From: Lama guanicoe
Taxonomy: Eukaryota
Length of the DNA: 64,000 nucleotides
Assembly: GCA_013239625.1 (NCBI GenBank)
Contig: MU053881.1
Coordinates: forward strand, 2,666,001-2,730,000
Direction: 5' to 3'
Shown: piece after piece, positions 1 to 12,168 of the stretch
How positions within the stretch are numbered: position 1 is the first letter of the stretch
Layout of the letters: each line of letters starts with the position of its first letter
Translations under genes and position numbers: made by a program
Notes under the pieces: generated by a model
Databases searched by the model: none
Told to the model about the DNA's origin: nothing
The model's input: only the letters and a program-made list of their open reading frames with translations

Positions 1-300
1 ACGAGCCAGTCATAAAAAGACAAAAACTGATTCCACTTATAGGAGTTACTTGGAGTAGAGAAAATCACAGGCAGAAAGGAGAATGGTAGTCACCAGGGGC
101 TGGGGGAGGATGGAGTGGGTACAGAGTTTCAGTTTTGCAAGCTGAAATGAGTTCTGGAGGTGGATAGCAGTGATGTTCACACAACAATATGAATATACTT
201 AATACCACTAAACTGTACATTTAAGAAAATGGTTAAGATGATAAATTTTATGTCATATATATTTCATCACAATTTTTAAGAATTGGAAAAAATAAGTGCT
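1..300 (+). mobile_element. L1 3'-end fragment (L1MB-like)
   Basis: Typical L1 3'UTR text: AGCCAGTCATAAAAAGAC..., GTACAGAGTTTCAGTTTTGCAAG, ACTTAATACCACTAAACTGTACATTTAA, then an A-rich end. Subfamily assigned from memory. Confidence 0.7.
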
Positions 301-520
301 ACAACAAGCTTAAAAAAGTGAAGAAACCTGGATGAAGGGAAAACAAGTTAGAAAAATGAGGTGAATTTAGGCCTGAATAGAGTCCATACAATATTTAAAT
401 ATTTGCCTTGAAGTTCTGGATAAGCGTCAGAGCTGGCCATGGAGTGGGCTGTGAGCTTCCCAGCAGGCAAGGCAAAAAGAGAAACAGGATCTGTGCTCCA
501 TTAATTCCAGCACCCATCCA

Positions 521-577
521 ACATACATACACACATACAGAGAGAGAGAGAGACACAGAGAGAGACACAGAGACAGA
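521..577. repeat. compound (ACAT)/(AC)/(AG) microsatellite
   Basis: acatacatacacacatacagagagagagagagacacagagagagacacagagacag seen directly. Confidence 0.85.
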
Positions 578-699
578 GGGAGCCAGGATCTGGGGGCCAT
601 GGTGCAATTCCTAGTACTTAAGAGGCATTTCCACTTGTGTGTCTCCAAGGATGCTGCAGGAGGCTGGACAGTACTTGACATGACTATTACAACGTAGTT

Positions 700-870
700 G
701 TTAAGAAATCAGGTTTAGGGTCAGGGTAGGGTTCAGTTGTAGTGGAACAAGTTACAGACTCTCTCTAAGCCTCAATTTCCTCATCTGTAAATTACAAGTA
801 ATAGATGAAGCCTACCTCGGAAGGCGATAGTGAGGATGAAATGACGTCATGGCAAGGTGCCCAACCAGAG
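700..870 (+). mobile_element. MIR SINE remnant (one of many in the window)
   Basis: MIR core-like GCCTCAATTTCCTCATCTGTAAA. Similar cores occur near 1.4, 2.4, 4.0, 7.1, 9.9, 13.3, 15.5 and 51.9 kb (+) and 6.0, 12.0, 13.6 and 17.1 kb (-). Confidence 0.6.
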
Positions 871-2809
871 TGAAGGTTCAGGGAATGTTAGTTTTTGTAG
901 TGATGTGGTGGGATCACGGGTGGCCTAAGTGGTAGGCAACTCTGCCAGGCCCCAGACCAAGGGAGCTAGCCTGGTCTCTCTGCCCAGAACCGGGCAGGGC
1001 AGACCCCAGCCTCAGCCCCTGCTCTCCCTCCCTGCTCTGACTGCTGGGGCCAACAGCTCTGAGTCACTCTCTGGCCCTCACAGGGCGTGTCCTGGTCTGC
1101 TCAGACCTTTGGACAGTATGTGGATGAGCCAGGTGTGGCCAGATGGCCTTTCTCATCTCAAGGGGCACCTGTCTGCCTGCCACAAGGCAATCTGAGAAGC
1201 TCATTGGGCTCTGGGCTGTGACGATCTAGGTGTGAGGAACAGGCCCAGGCCCAGAGTCAGCTTCAGGGTGTGGTGGGCAGCCAGGAACAAAGCAGGGATA
1301 AGAGGCCAGAATGTGGACTCAGATGACCTGGGTCATAATCCTCTCCCCAGCACTTACCAGCTGGGGGCCTCAGGCAAGGCAGTGCATCTGCCTGACCCCC
1401 AAATTCCTCATCTGTAAAATGGGTACAACAGCAGAACCCAACCCATAGGTTTGTTATAAATTTCAACTGGGTAACAAGGTAAAGCACTAGTCCAGGGCCA
1501 CTGATGGAAGGGTGTGCATGTGAGGTAGCAATTCAGATACACATGTCCTAGGTGTTTGGTTTTTTCAATTTTTGACCAGAGAAACTTTTCATTGCTTGTC
1601 TTTGCTGGCAACCTACTGTGTGCACTCACCATGTGCTCAGAAATCAATCAAGTTGGAAGGAGGTCCTCACTTGCCTCTGACCAGCTGTATGACGTCCACT
1701 GTTCTCTGAGCCGTGACTTCTTCATCTGCTAGTTGGAGCCCCACCCTCAGGGTACAGCGTCAGAGGTGCCCTGGAGAGCCTGTGCTGAATGTGGCTCTTT
1801 GCTGTGAATATGTCCAGTCCCTCCTCAGCCTTCCAATCGTCCCTCCATGTTGCACACAGCTTTGCAAAGTATAAGTTTCCTTTCTGGCTCTGTTTTACAG
1901 CTGAGAGAACAGCCCAAGAGTAGCCCTTTGGTGTCAGAGACTTGAAGCCTTCCACCTTAGAAAGAACTTAGGGACTCATGGGACCCAGCTCCTCACCTCC
2001 CTCCAGGCCTCTGAGCCCCTTCCCCAGGGTACACACTCCCTCTAAAGGACCCCTTCTAATGGGCTGTTCTGCCATGGCTTGCACAACTCCAGTGATGGGG
2101 AACTCACCTCCTCCCATGACCTTCACTCCATGGCCCCAACTGTACATGTTTTATTGACTTCAAACTTGCCCCAGCCACTTGCACTGGGCCTAAATTCCAG
2201 GAGCACCAGGCCTCGCTGCTCCTCGCTGCTCTGAGACAACTCCCCCAGAACCTTCCCTCAGCTCTTCCTTCCCATCACTCCCCACCACCACCATCCCAGG
2301 CTGGTGCTGCAGCCAGGCAGACTTGGGTTCACATTCCATCTCTGTCCTTTCTTGGCTGTGTGACCTACAACAAGCCATTCTCCACTTCTGAGCCTCAGTT
2401 TCCACATCAGGGAAATAGGGAAGGTACAATAACATGTGGTTGTTTTCTTTCAGTCCAGGTAATGGAGTTCTGAGATGGAACAGACCTCTGAGCCCTCGAG
2501 GAATGCAAGCTGGTGTCACACAGCCCTCCTGGGCACCCCCTGGCCACTTTCGTGTTCATTCAACAGATGAGGGCTGAACGCTCACTTTGTCCGGGCACTG
2601 TGCTTGGCGATGGGCACTGGCCAGGTAGGGATAAGCATCCTTGCCCCCACAGAGGGAGACTGTGTGAGAGCAGAGTAGGTCAGGCTAAGAGGAAGGAAAG
2701 AGAAGCCCAGGCAGAAGGAACTGTGTCTAAAGCCCCACTCTGGAAAGACCCTAGCCCTTGGGGGAACTGAAAGACCAAAGTGGCTGGAACTCAGGGGTCA
2801 TGCGTTCAA

Positions 2810-3520
2810 AGGATTGGTTTCAAACTATTGTACATTCATACAATGGAAGACCATTCAGCACGTTAAAAAAAAAAAAGACATGGGATTCATTACAGCATTA
2901 TTCACAATAGCCATGACTTGAAAACAACCCAAGTGTCCATCGATGGATGAATAGATGAAGAAAATGTGATATATCTCACAATGCAATATTATTCAGCCAT
3001 AAAAATAAAGAAATCCTACCATTTTGTGATGACATGTATGGACCTGGAGGGCATCATGCCAAGTGAAATAAGCCAGACAGAGAAAGACAAATACTGCATG
3101 ATCTCACTTATATGTAGAATTTTTTTTAAGTCAAATACCTAGATACATTGTAGAATGGTGATTGCCAGAATCTGGGGTGGGGGTGGGGAGGTGGAAATGG
3201 GGAGATGTTGGTCAAAAATTACAAATTTTCAGTTATAAGGTGAGTAAGTTCTGGGGATCTTATGTACAGCAAAGTGACTATCACTATCACTATTGTATCT
3301 CTCTTATATTTGAGAGTACTTATGAGATAATCTGCAAGTTGTTATGAGAATAGAGCTTTAATGTTCTCACCATAACAACACAACAAAATGGCAACTGTGT
3401 AGGTGAAGAACATAAGGTTATTGGGGGAAACATTTTGCAATATACAAATGTATTGTATAAGTGTAATACACATGAAGCTTACACAATGTTGTAGGTCAAT
3501 TAGATCTCAATAAAGCTGGA
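2810..3520 (+). mobile_element. L1 3' region (L1MA-like)
   Basis: CAGCATTATTCACAATAGCC, AACCCAAGTGTCCATCGATGGATGAAT, AGCCAGACAGAGAAAGACAAATACTGCATGATCTCACTTATATG; ends at CTCAATAAAGCTGG. Confidence 0.8.
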
Positions 3521-3539
3521 GGACCGGGGGAGGAAGGAC

Positions 3540-3910
3540 AGAATACTAATACACACCACAGGTTGGATCTCAAAAACATGGTGCAGAATGAAGACAAGGC
3601 AGCATTTACACAGCCAGCCATTCCACCGACCTGAAGTTCTAAACATGTAAAATAGATCTGTAGGGATAAGAACCAGATAAATAGCTCTGTCTGGAGGAAA
3701 CTGACTTGCAGGGGGGAGGAGGGAACTTTTTGGAGTGGTAAAAATGTTCTAGTCTTGATTGCATTTTAGTTACACGGGGATATGCATTTATGAAAAATGC
3801 ACTCAGCTATATAAGTAAGATTTGTGCATTTTACTGTATAACTAGTATACCCTAAATTTGGCCTAAATGTAGTTCTGATTTAAAAAAGAAAGAAAGAAAA
3901 GACAAGACAA
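3540..3910 (+). mobile_element. older L1 3'UTR fragment (L1MC/L1ME-like)
   Basis: GGATCTCAAAAACATGGTG..., GAGGGAACTTTTTGGAGTGGTAAAAATGTTCTA, TTTGTGCATTTTACTGTAT, A-rich tail. Confidence 0.55.
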
Positions 3911-4189
3911 AACAAAATGTTTGTTAAAGGATGAACCAGAATGAGAGAAAAAGCAGGCTCTAGATGTGAAGCCTGAGCAGAAATCCTGGGCACTGCCACT
4001 TCCCAGCAAAACCCCTTCAGCTCCCTATGCCTCAGTTTTCAAATCTGTAAAACAGGGAGAATAATATTCCCTCAATCAGTCACCAGACTTTAAGGAACAA
4101 CTAAGTTAATTTGTGTCAAGCACTTAGAATATTATTTGGCACATGGGAATATCTCAACAAATATAAACTTTAAAAAAATAATAAGTCAG

Positions 4190-5700
4190 CCTCGGGTGTG
4201 CGGGCCTAAATAGCCCTTCGCATTGGAGCCACGTCCTGGGCTAAGAAAAGAGGGCCTCCTGGGGGCAGTCTCTGAGAGGCGAGGTCTGCAGAGACTACAA
4301 CTCCCGGCATGAACCTGTGGGAGCGGGGCGCACTGGGAATTGTAGTCCTCGGCCAATTATACCCAAGGATGCAGGCGGCGGAGAGCCCAGCAGGTTATCA
4401 GCCACGCTCTGGTCCAGGCTGGCTCTAGCGATAGGCATGGGCGTTCTCTTGTCACTAGAATCTCCCTACCTCCCGAAGGAGATATCATCGCTCCCATTGC
4501 ACACACAAGGAAACTCAATCTCAGAGAATGACCCAAAGGGAGGAACCAAGATGTACTGATCTCTGAGTGTTTGCTCTTTGTGTATCGATCCCTGATTCCA
4601 CTACCAACCCCTGCAAAAAATTCCGAGGCTGGGGGAGGGGAACAGACTATCCGCCAAGCGAAGGTTCTCTGAACGGCCAGGGAGTCGTATTATCTTTCCT
4701 ATTTAGTCACTCGTCCAAGGTCACACGGGTAGTAAGGAGGTGGCTGGGCGCTTCGCCCTTGCGCGCCCTTCGCCGCGGGACACTGGGTGGGCGTGGCCCA
4801 ACACGCCCCGCCCCCCCACCCTCCGCTCCTGCGCGGTTGGTGCAGTCCAGGTACTTCCATACGCGCGCGGGAGCGAGGGTGAAACTGCGCAGCCGGCGTG
4901 GGCACCGCGCGCGTGCGCGCGCGCCTGGGTGAAGAGGTCTGCGGACGGTTCCACTGCGTGGGGCCAGAGGGGGGGCCGCGGCAGGCGGCGCTCGGGCGGC
5001 AGCGGGACCGGGACCCCGGGCTGCAGCGGGAGCGACGCGCCGGCCGCCCGGTGGGTGTGGAGCCCCGCCGCGGCCCCAGGTAACGCCCGGCCTGGACCCT
5101 GCGCCGTGCGCCCGAGGAGCGGGGCAAGAGAGGACTGAACGATAGGGGGCGGCCGCGGGCTGGCAGTGTAGTGCAGGAACCTCCAGCGAGGCCTCTGCCA
5201 GCTTCCGCAGGGCCAGAGCTCGCTGTACGCGGACCTGGAGCCAGAGCCGCTCCGCCCGCTAGGTCCAAGCGCCCCAGTACGGGGACCCCTGGGAACTACA
5301 AGTCCCAGCGTACCCTGCGCCCCGCGCATGTACCGATTGCAACCTCTGGCGGGTCTCGGTTTCAGCTGGGGCCCAGGCGTCCGGGGCAGAGTTGCAGTCG
5401 TTTGCCCTCGCCATGTCTGCCCCAGACACTTTACCAGCGCTCCTTGTCCCAGCCGCTGGGGAGCCAGAGCGACCCGAGCCCTGTCCTGTAGCGGCTACGG
5501 GTCCGGGGAACAGACCACTGCTCACCAACGGCGTCGTTACTGCTTTGAGGGTGTAGGAAGGCGGGGGCTCGAGAGGGTCTGTTTCGCCCAAAGTCACACA
5601 CCTTTCGTTGCCAGAGGGCCACTAACCCTGAGTCGAGACGGTGCCGGGAGCCGGGAAGGCGATGTGGGCCTAGGAAGCTGGCTTTGGAGAGTAGGGAAGA
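4190..5700. promoter_or_regulatory. CpG island / candidate bidirectional promoter
   Basis: Dense CpG. ZNF143/THAP11-type ACTACAnnTCCC motifs at 4294-4311 (+), 4328-4346 (-) and 5295-5314 (+). GC boxes near 4787-4815. NRF1-like GCGCGTGCGC near 4909-4918. Confidence 0.8.
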
Positions 5701-8700
5701 CGCTTAAGATGGAGTGAAAATGGGGAATTCGGTTGGACTCATCTCCCTGGGTCTGCCAGGTGCCCCCACTCCTGCAGCCCCCGATTTTCATTTTTGTATG
5801 ATGTGATGGTACCTGCTTCTTCCTCTGCAGTCCCTGCAGGTTCCAGTGGGAGCTACGGAGAGGAAGGAGTCAGAAAAGCGAGCCCCTTACCACCCCATAC
5901 CCACAGAACTCACATATTCAAACGCAGACCCAGACCCAGAAAGTCAGGCAGGTATCCCGGAAGGTGTACACCCAGTGAGAGCCACTATTGACTCACGGAG
6001 GTAGGTACAGTCACCCCCATTTTACACTTGGACAAACCGAGCCTCACAGAGGTGGTAACTTCCTCAAGGCCACCAAAGTGATGAAAGGCAGAGCCAGGGT
6101 CCGAGCCCAGGTGGGCTGGCTTCAGAGGCTCTGTGTTTAGCCGTCAGATTATTTCTGCCTCGTCCAGAGGCGACAGGAGATGAACGGCAGTGCTACACAA
6201 AGTGCTCAGTAAACATCATCTGGCACTAGTGTTGTCTTCATCCTGATTTTACAGATGAGAGACTGAGGAAGAGTGAGGCCACATAGCTGACTAAGTCTCA
6301 GAGCTGGAGCTAGAGCGCTGCAGCTGTGAACCCAGAGCTGGGAGCAGCTTTACAGACACTCCTCCCGCCCCCATATGCACAAACAGCTTCTGTTTTTCAG
6401 GAAAGCCAAAGCTTGGGCCTCAGGTGTGTTCCGGCCCACCCTGGGCAGAGGGGACTTGGCAGGGGGCCTGTCAACTCCCACCCCGGAGTGTGAAGCTCTG
6501 GGCTCGTGTCTGATGCTCTGCGGTGGCTAGGAGGTGTGTGTCCTGAGCTGGCTCTACCAGGCTGTGCTGTGCGTCCCTGGATGGTCCCTCCATCTTTGTG
6601 TTCTGCCAGCTCCACTTGGGAAGGTTACTAGGCCCTACATCTGGAGGAGGATTTGAGGGGTCTTAGAAGAAAGGTGTGGAGTACTTTCTGACCCTGATGG
6701 AGGGAAGGAGGCAGCCCACTGTCGAGGTGGACAGATGGGAGCAAGGGCGGGCCACAGCAGGAGTCAATGACCCCACCTTCCTCCTGCCCGTGAAGAGTCC
6801 CTTCTATCTCCTGCAGAGGCGGCCTAGGAGTGGCAGCTGGAATATAGCATCCAGTGCTTTGCACTTGAGGGACCATAATTTGAATCCCTCCCTGCTGCTC
6901 TTGCACTCTTTTATCTGGAGCTACCCATCCTGGAGCCTCCCTGGTCTCATCTTGCCCCAGAGACACCTGTGCTTTTGAATAGTGAGCAACCCCTGGGGAC
7001 CCTGTGTTGGCATTTGTGTTGCATGGACCAAACCTCATGTTAGGTTCAAATGTGGTCCCAGGTTTGCCCCTTGATGGCTGTGTGATGGTGGGTGAGCCAT
7101 ATCCCCTCTTGCCCCAGCTTCCTCATCTATAAAATGGAGCAAACACTGGTACCTAGCTCTTAGGTCACTGGCAAGACCAGTGAGAAGATGATCAGGAGGA
7201 CCTGTTCAGACTTGCCCAGATCATGCAGGAGACCCTAGAACCCTGATTTATCCCCAGAACTTCACAGCAGATGCCTGGGCAAGAGTAAGCCCCCCCCCCT
7301 GTGGTTTCCGGAGCGCCCTGGGCCACACTTCCGGGATCTGTGGCCAGGGGAGTCATTTCCTGAGCCACTTTCCTCTTCTGTAAGATGCAGGTAACAGAAC
7401 CTGCCTTCAAGGGAGTGAGGTGATAAGAATGAGGCACACAGTAGGTGTGCAGGCCACAGGCCCACACTGGGGTTCCAAAGCATAAGACTTGTCAGTGAAG
7501 CTGGGAGGAAAGTCCAGACTTCTGTCTTCTCTGGGAAACCTAGTGAAATTGAGCCTCCTTCCCACTTGCTCCAGAGTGATTCTGCATGTGCCCAGGAAAG
7601 TTTTTCAGGTCAAAGGGAGATGTGTTATTGGTCTCTGGCCCTGGGGGGAACCCTGGAGGGCTGTGAGGATGTACTGAGGGCCTCCCAGGGGAATAAACCA
7701 GAGGGTCATGCAGGAGAGAAGGCAGAGTAGGAATTTCCTGGCCCTGAAGCATCAGAGGCAAGAGTTAAAACCAGAGCCCCTTCCTTGGGCATCCACGGCT
7801 CAGTGGGAGCGAGGCCCTGCTGGGGGTCGGGGGAGCAGTCCCACGGAGGTACCTTCTGCCATCATGATGCGATGCAGTAACAGTCTTGCTGTGTATTGAG
7901 GAAGCCAGCAGACAGGTCAGGAGAGGCTCCGAGGAGGCGACCTTTGAGCTGAGCCCTAAAGGTTGAGCAGGGTTTTACCAGAGGTGAGTGGGGGTTGCTG
8001 AGGACTTTTTAGGCTGAGAGAATGGCACAGAGGCTTGGTGGCTTCAGAGCAGTGACTGGATTGTGGAGTAGTAACTGCAGTCGCTTTCTGATGGTGGGAT
8101 TCTCACTGTGTGGCCTAGGGCAGGTCATTTCACCTCCTTGAGCCTCAGATCCTCACCCTTAAACAGACTGGTTACCCAGTCTGTGGGGTCGGCCTCTCAG
8201 TAAAGGCCAGATGTCAGTGCATTTAAAAATGCCAAATCCCCTCAGGCCAGGAGGAGATTATTGAGTAAGATGTGAAGGATAACAGGGCTGCATGCAAATT
8301 AAATGGCAGGAAGTGAAGGTCAGGGTGCATCTAGGCCTGAATTCAGAGATGGGAGAGTTGAGCGCAAGCTGGAGACTTCACAGCTTCCTGTAAGAGGTAA
8401 GACGGGAGCAGAGCCTTGAAGGACAGAGATGAGGAGTGGCTTGGTAGAAAGGAAGAGGAAGGGCATCCCAGGCACATCGGTCAAGCTGAGCAAAGGCAGG
8501 AAGGGGGCAGGCAGGGAAGGCTAGGAGCGCCGCTGTAGTTGTGGGAGAGAGGCTGGGCAGAGGTGGACCTGAAAAGTTTGGTGAGGGAACCTTGTCTTGT
8601 TGAGCACAGCCCGGAAGGCCAAGCATTATGGAGCCATTGCAGGTTCTAACCCAACACGAGTGAAAGAGGTGATCTTAACAATGTAGGTAGGTACCTTCAA

Positions 8701-9208
8701 ATGTGAGAAAGATTTTCTAATTGCGTTTACATAGGAAGAAAAATAAAAGGTTGGAAGGGATTTAGGAGAAGGAAGAGTTGATAAGGAGAAGGTTAGAAAA
8801 AGGCATCCCCATTTATTTTCATGCACACATAGTTTAACTGTGATAGATAGAATGTGGCATTCCAGGTAACATCTGTAGCACTGCCTCATGAACTTGATCT
8901 TGTGTCCTTAGAGATCTGCAAACGGTGCACAGGCACCACCTTCAGTCATTGTATTGCCGGCTGCACATCCAGTGTGGTGTCAGATTATTGCTGGCCTAAA
9001 CAACACTTCGATAAGCACGTCTGTTCCCCAGACTTGCTTCTGGATTGTTTCTGTTGGATCGCCTTCCTGAAGGGGGATTTCTGACTCTAAAGCAATACAG
9101 GGTTTTTTTTATGGCTTAAAATATTTAAAACACTCTTTTACAGTAAATTTCTTTAGTATTTCTAGTAATTTATACAGTGTAGGGTTTAAAAAAAAAAGAA
9201 CAAATGTA

Positions 9209-9315
9209 CGAGGGGAGGATATGGCTTAATTGGTAGAGCACATGCTTAGCATGCACAAGGTCCTAGCACGTCCTCTAAAAATAAGTAAATAACCTAATTA
9301 CCTCCCCCCACCCCC
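9209..9315 (+). mobile_element. tRNA-derived SINE (camelid Vic-1-like)
   Basis: GGGGAGGATATGGCTTAATTGGTAGAGCACATGCTTAGCATGCACAAGGTCC; perfect 16-bp TSD AAAAAGAACAAATGTA at 9193-9208 and 9316-9331. Confidence 0.85.
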
Positions 9316-10049
9316 AAAAAGAACAAATGTATAAAAGCATATACAATAAGAGGTCTATCCTCAACCCAGTGCTCTCTCCCAGTTCTCCTTGAGGACAATT
9401 GTTAGTTTCCTGTCTATCCTTCCGGAAATATTCTATGCAGATACTGTATATACCCAGTGTTTTTTTTAATTGATACTGTTATACTGTGTTCAGTATCTTG
9501 CTTTCAATTTTATTTTTAAATTTGGGATTATGAAATATACCAAATTAGCACAGAAAATCACACACACACACACCACCACCACCACCCCCGCTAGTAGCCT
9601 GCCACACAGCTTTAACAAATGTTTAACATTTTATGTTGATATCTTGTTTAGGGCTGTCTTAAGAGGTAGCCGAATGTCAGAGCTCCACACAGAGGAGTTG
9701 ATTATATGCGTACACCATTCTTTATTCGGCCTGTTCCCAGCTCTTGGAAATTGAGGGGTTTTTTTTTTTCCTTAAATAATTGAGTGGAGGTAATACCCCA
9801 CCTTGTATAATATCTGCCTGAGGAGGCACCAAGGCAAAGGGGAGCAAAGCTCGGCTTTGGCTTGGGTTCAAGTAGCTGCTCAGCCACTCTACATAGCTGT
9901 GTGACCTGGGGTGGGTGACGCCCCTCTTGATTCTTTTTACTCATCTGTAAAATGGGTAGGTTGTAGTAATCCGTCTCATAGTTGCTGGGTGGAGGAGAGC
10001 AGAAACTTAAGACTTAATTGGGTTTAGTTTCCCAATCCCTTTAGGCAGG

Positions 10050-11800
10050 GAACTCTCCGCGGGACGCCAAACTCTCCTGGCCTAGAGCAATTAGAGCGCC
10101 GGACCACAGCTCCTCAGCTTCAAACTGTTCCCCGCCCCTTTCCCCGGCCACGCTGGGGGCGGGGCGGTTGAATGTTTCTGTGATGTCAGCGTGCGCAGGG
10201 CCAATCCCCCTTCCCGGCAAGCATTAGCTTATTTGCATGGGTTGCCCATTATTGGTTCGTTGGGCAATCCAGGCCGTCCCAGCTTTTTAAAGCCACCGCG
10301 TAGTATAAACAACGAGATGCGGGGCGGACAGGCCATGATGTCATCGCGGCGCAGTAGCTCTCAGGGCTGACGTCATCTCCGGGGAGGTAGCCCGCCCAGG
10401 GCTCTTAGGGCCCTCCTAACCATTCGGGCTGGCTGGTTTAAGAGGCCGCTTCTGGCCCGTCGAAGGGCAGCTCCATTGCACTTCAGTGTCCCAGGCGCCG
10501 CCTTGTCCTGAAGAGGGGACCATGACACAGTAAGTCCAGGCTGCGGCTCTCAAGGCGGGACCCAGTTCTCCGGCAGGGAAACTGAGCCTCAGAAGCACGA
10601 GTGATTCGCGAATTTGCATAGCAAGTTAGAGTTGCAGCCGATTTGTCTTGCCCACCCCGGGGTCTCCCATCTTTAGATCAGGCCATGTGGCCCCGCCCCT
10701 TGCCTGCGATGGCTGCGGCTACTTTAAACGAGAAGGTGGGGGCGAGAGGGTTTTTTTTTTTAAGGAAAAAAAAAACCCTGCCTTCCAAGATGGCGGCCCA
10801 GTAATCACGTGCCGAGCCGCGGCGGGTGATTGGGTCTCCGTGCTACCGCGGGGCGGAGCTCTTGGTGAGGGGCGGGGCTTCCGCGGGCAGCAGCCGGTTA
10901 CTGTTTGCCGGAACCTCCCGGCGCGCCCCCGCGAGTCCCCCTCCCGCCCGGCGCGCGACCCCGCCGTTTCGAATGTTGTGAATCAAATGTGGGGTTTGTT
11001 ACATTCCGCTGCCGCCGCGGACAGTTCTTAAAGGGCCAGCCGCCGGCAGCTGCGCAAACCGGGCCGCGTCCTGCGCCGCCTCCCGCTCCCCGAGGGCCTG
11101 GGCCTAGAGACTGACCGCGCGTGGGCCTCGCGAGGCAGACGCCCGGCGGACGGACAACAAAGAGAGGGGCCCGGAAGGAGCCGGACTGCCCCTGGACCGG
11201 GGGGTGGGAGGGGAGCACATTGTTCCGCAGGGCGGGGGCTCTTAAAGGGTCCAGGCAGCACACCCCCACTCCCCGCCCCCTACCCAGCTTGGCCGTCCTA
11301 GATCGGGAACAAAGGAGTCAACGTGTGGCCAGGCGGCCGAAGGTGAGTCGGGCCAGAGCCCCCAACTCCCGATTTCCGCATCCTTGGAACTCCCGCCCCC
11401 CTCCCCTGGGACTGGGGGCTGTGATCTAGCTGGCTCCGCAGGAGTTAATCACGGGCAGTCCGGAGCGGGGGCGGCGAGGCCTCCAGAACCAGGGACCCCT
11501 CCCCATCCCCAGCGCACCCCAAGGCCTGGCCGAATCTCCCTTCTCCCGAGGCGAGGCAGAGCGCTGCGGTTGGAGAGGAAGGAGCCGCCCCCTCCCCCTG
11601 CCGCCGCCACTTCCTTTGTTGTTGCTTTTGTCTCACGCCGAGCACATGGTCCGGGATCCTTGGCTCTTAAAGTCACAGCGCTCCGTCCCCGACGCCGCAG
11701 TCTGGCCGCCCGCCCCTCATCTCCCTCTGAACACGGCATAAAGGAGTGAGAGGGGGACGAAGGAAGACCCTCTTCGGGCGAATATCAGCACTTCGGCCCA
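10050..11800 (+). promoter_or_regulatory. RNF44: RNF44 CpG-island promoter
   Basis: CpG-dense. GC box 10156-10165, CCAAT boxes at 10201 and 10251, octamer ATTTGCAT 10231-10238 and 10612-10619, CRE TGACGTCA 10368-10375, YY1 CAAGATGGCGGC 10786-10797, E-box CACGTG 10806-10811. Confidence 0.8.
10900..11342 (+). other. RNF44: RNF44 probable non-coding exon 1 (5' end approximate)
   Basis: Strong donor AAG|GTGAGT at 11342/11343 inside the island. The transcription start cannot be fixed from sequence alone. Confidence 0.55.
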
Positions 11801-12168
11801 CTGCCCCCATCCCTAGGGAAGGATGGCTGAGGAAGCTCCTCAGAACCCCACAACCCGCGCCTGGCCCATACTGAGGAGGGGCACTGGTGCTCTCCCCCAC
11901 TAATATGACTACCAGGTTTCTTGTCTCTTCTGGTTTTACTTGGGAGCTCTGGGAAGAGAGGTTTCTACCCCCATTTTACAGTTGTGGCAACTGAGATTCA
12001 CAAAAGTGAAGAGATTTCCTTGACCAAGGTCACTCAAGTAGTCTGGGGTAGCAGAAGACTCTTAGCTACCAGCCTGGTGGTCCTGCCTTTAGCTCCATCC
12101 AGGCATTGCAGCTGGGGAACTCTGCTTGGCTGCTAGGCAGTGCTGGTGCCTTTGCGGGGGGGGGGGGG

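Noticed and set aside
4567..5717. Many overlapping 100-200 aa ORFs in the CpG island
   Set aside because: Low-complexity R/G/P/A translations expected from stop-poor GC-rich DNA; no recognisable domain.
10648..11900. Overlapping ORFs in the RNF44 promoter island
   Set aside because: Same GC-content artefact; the region is promoter, 5'UTR and intron.
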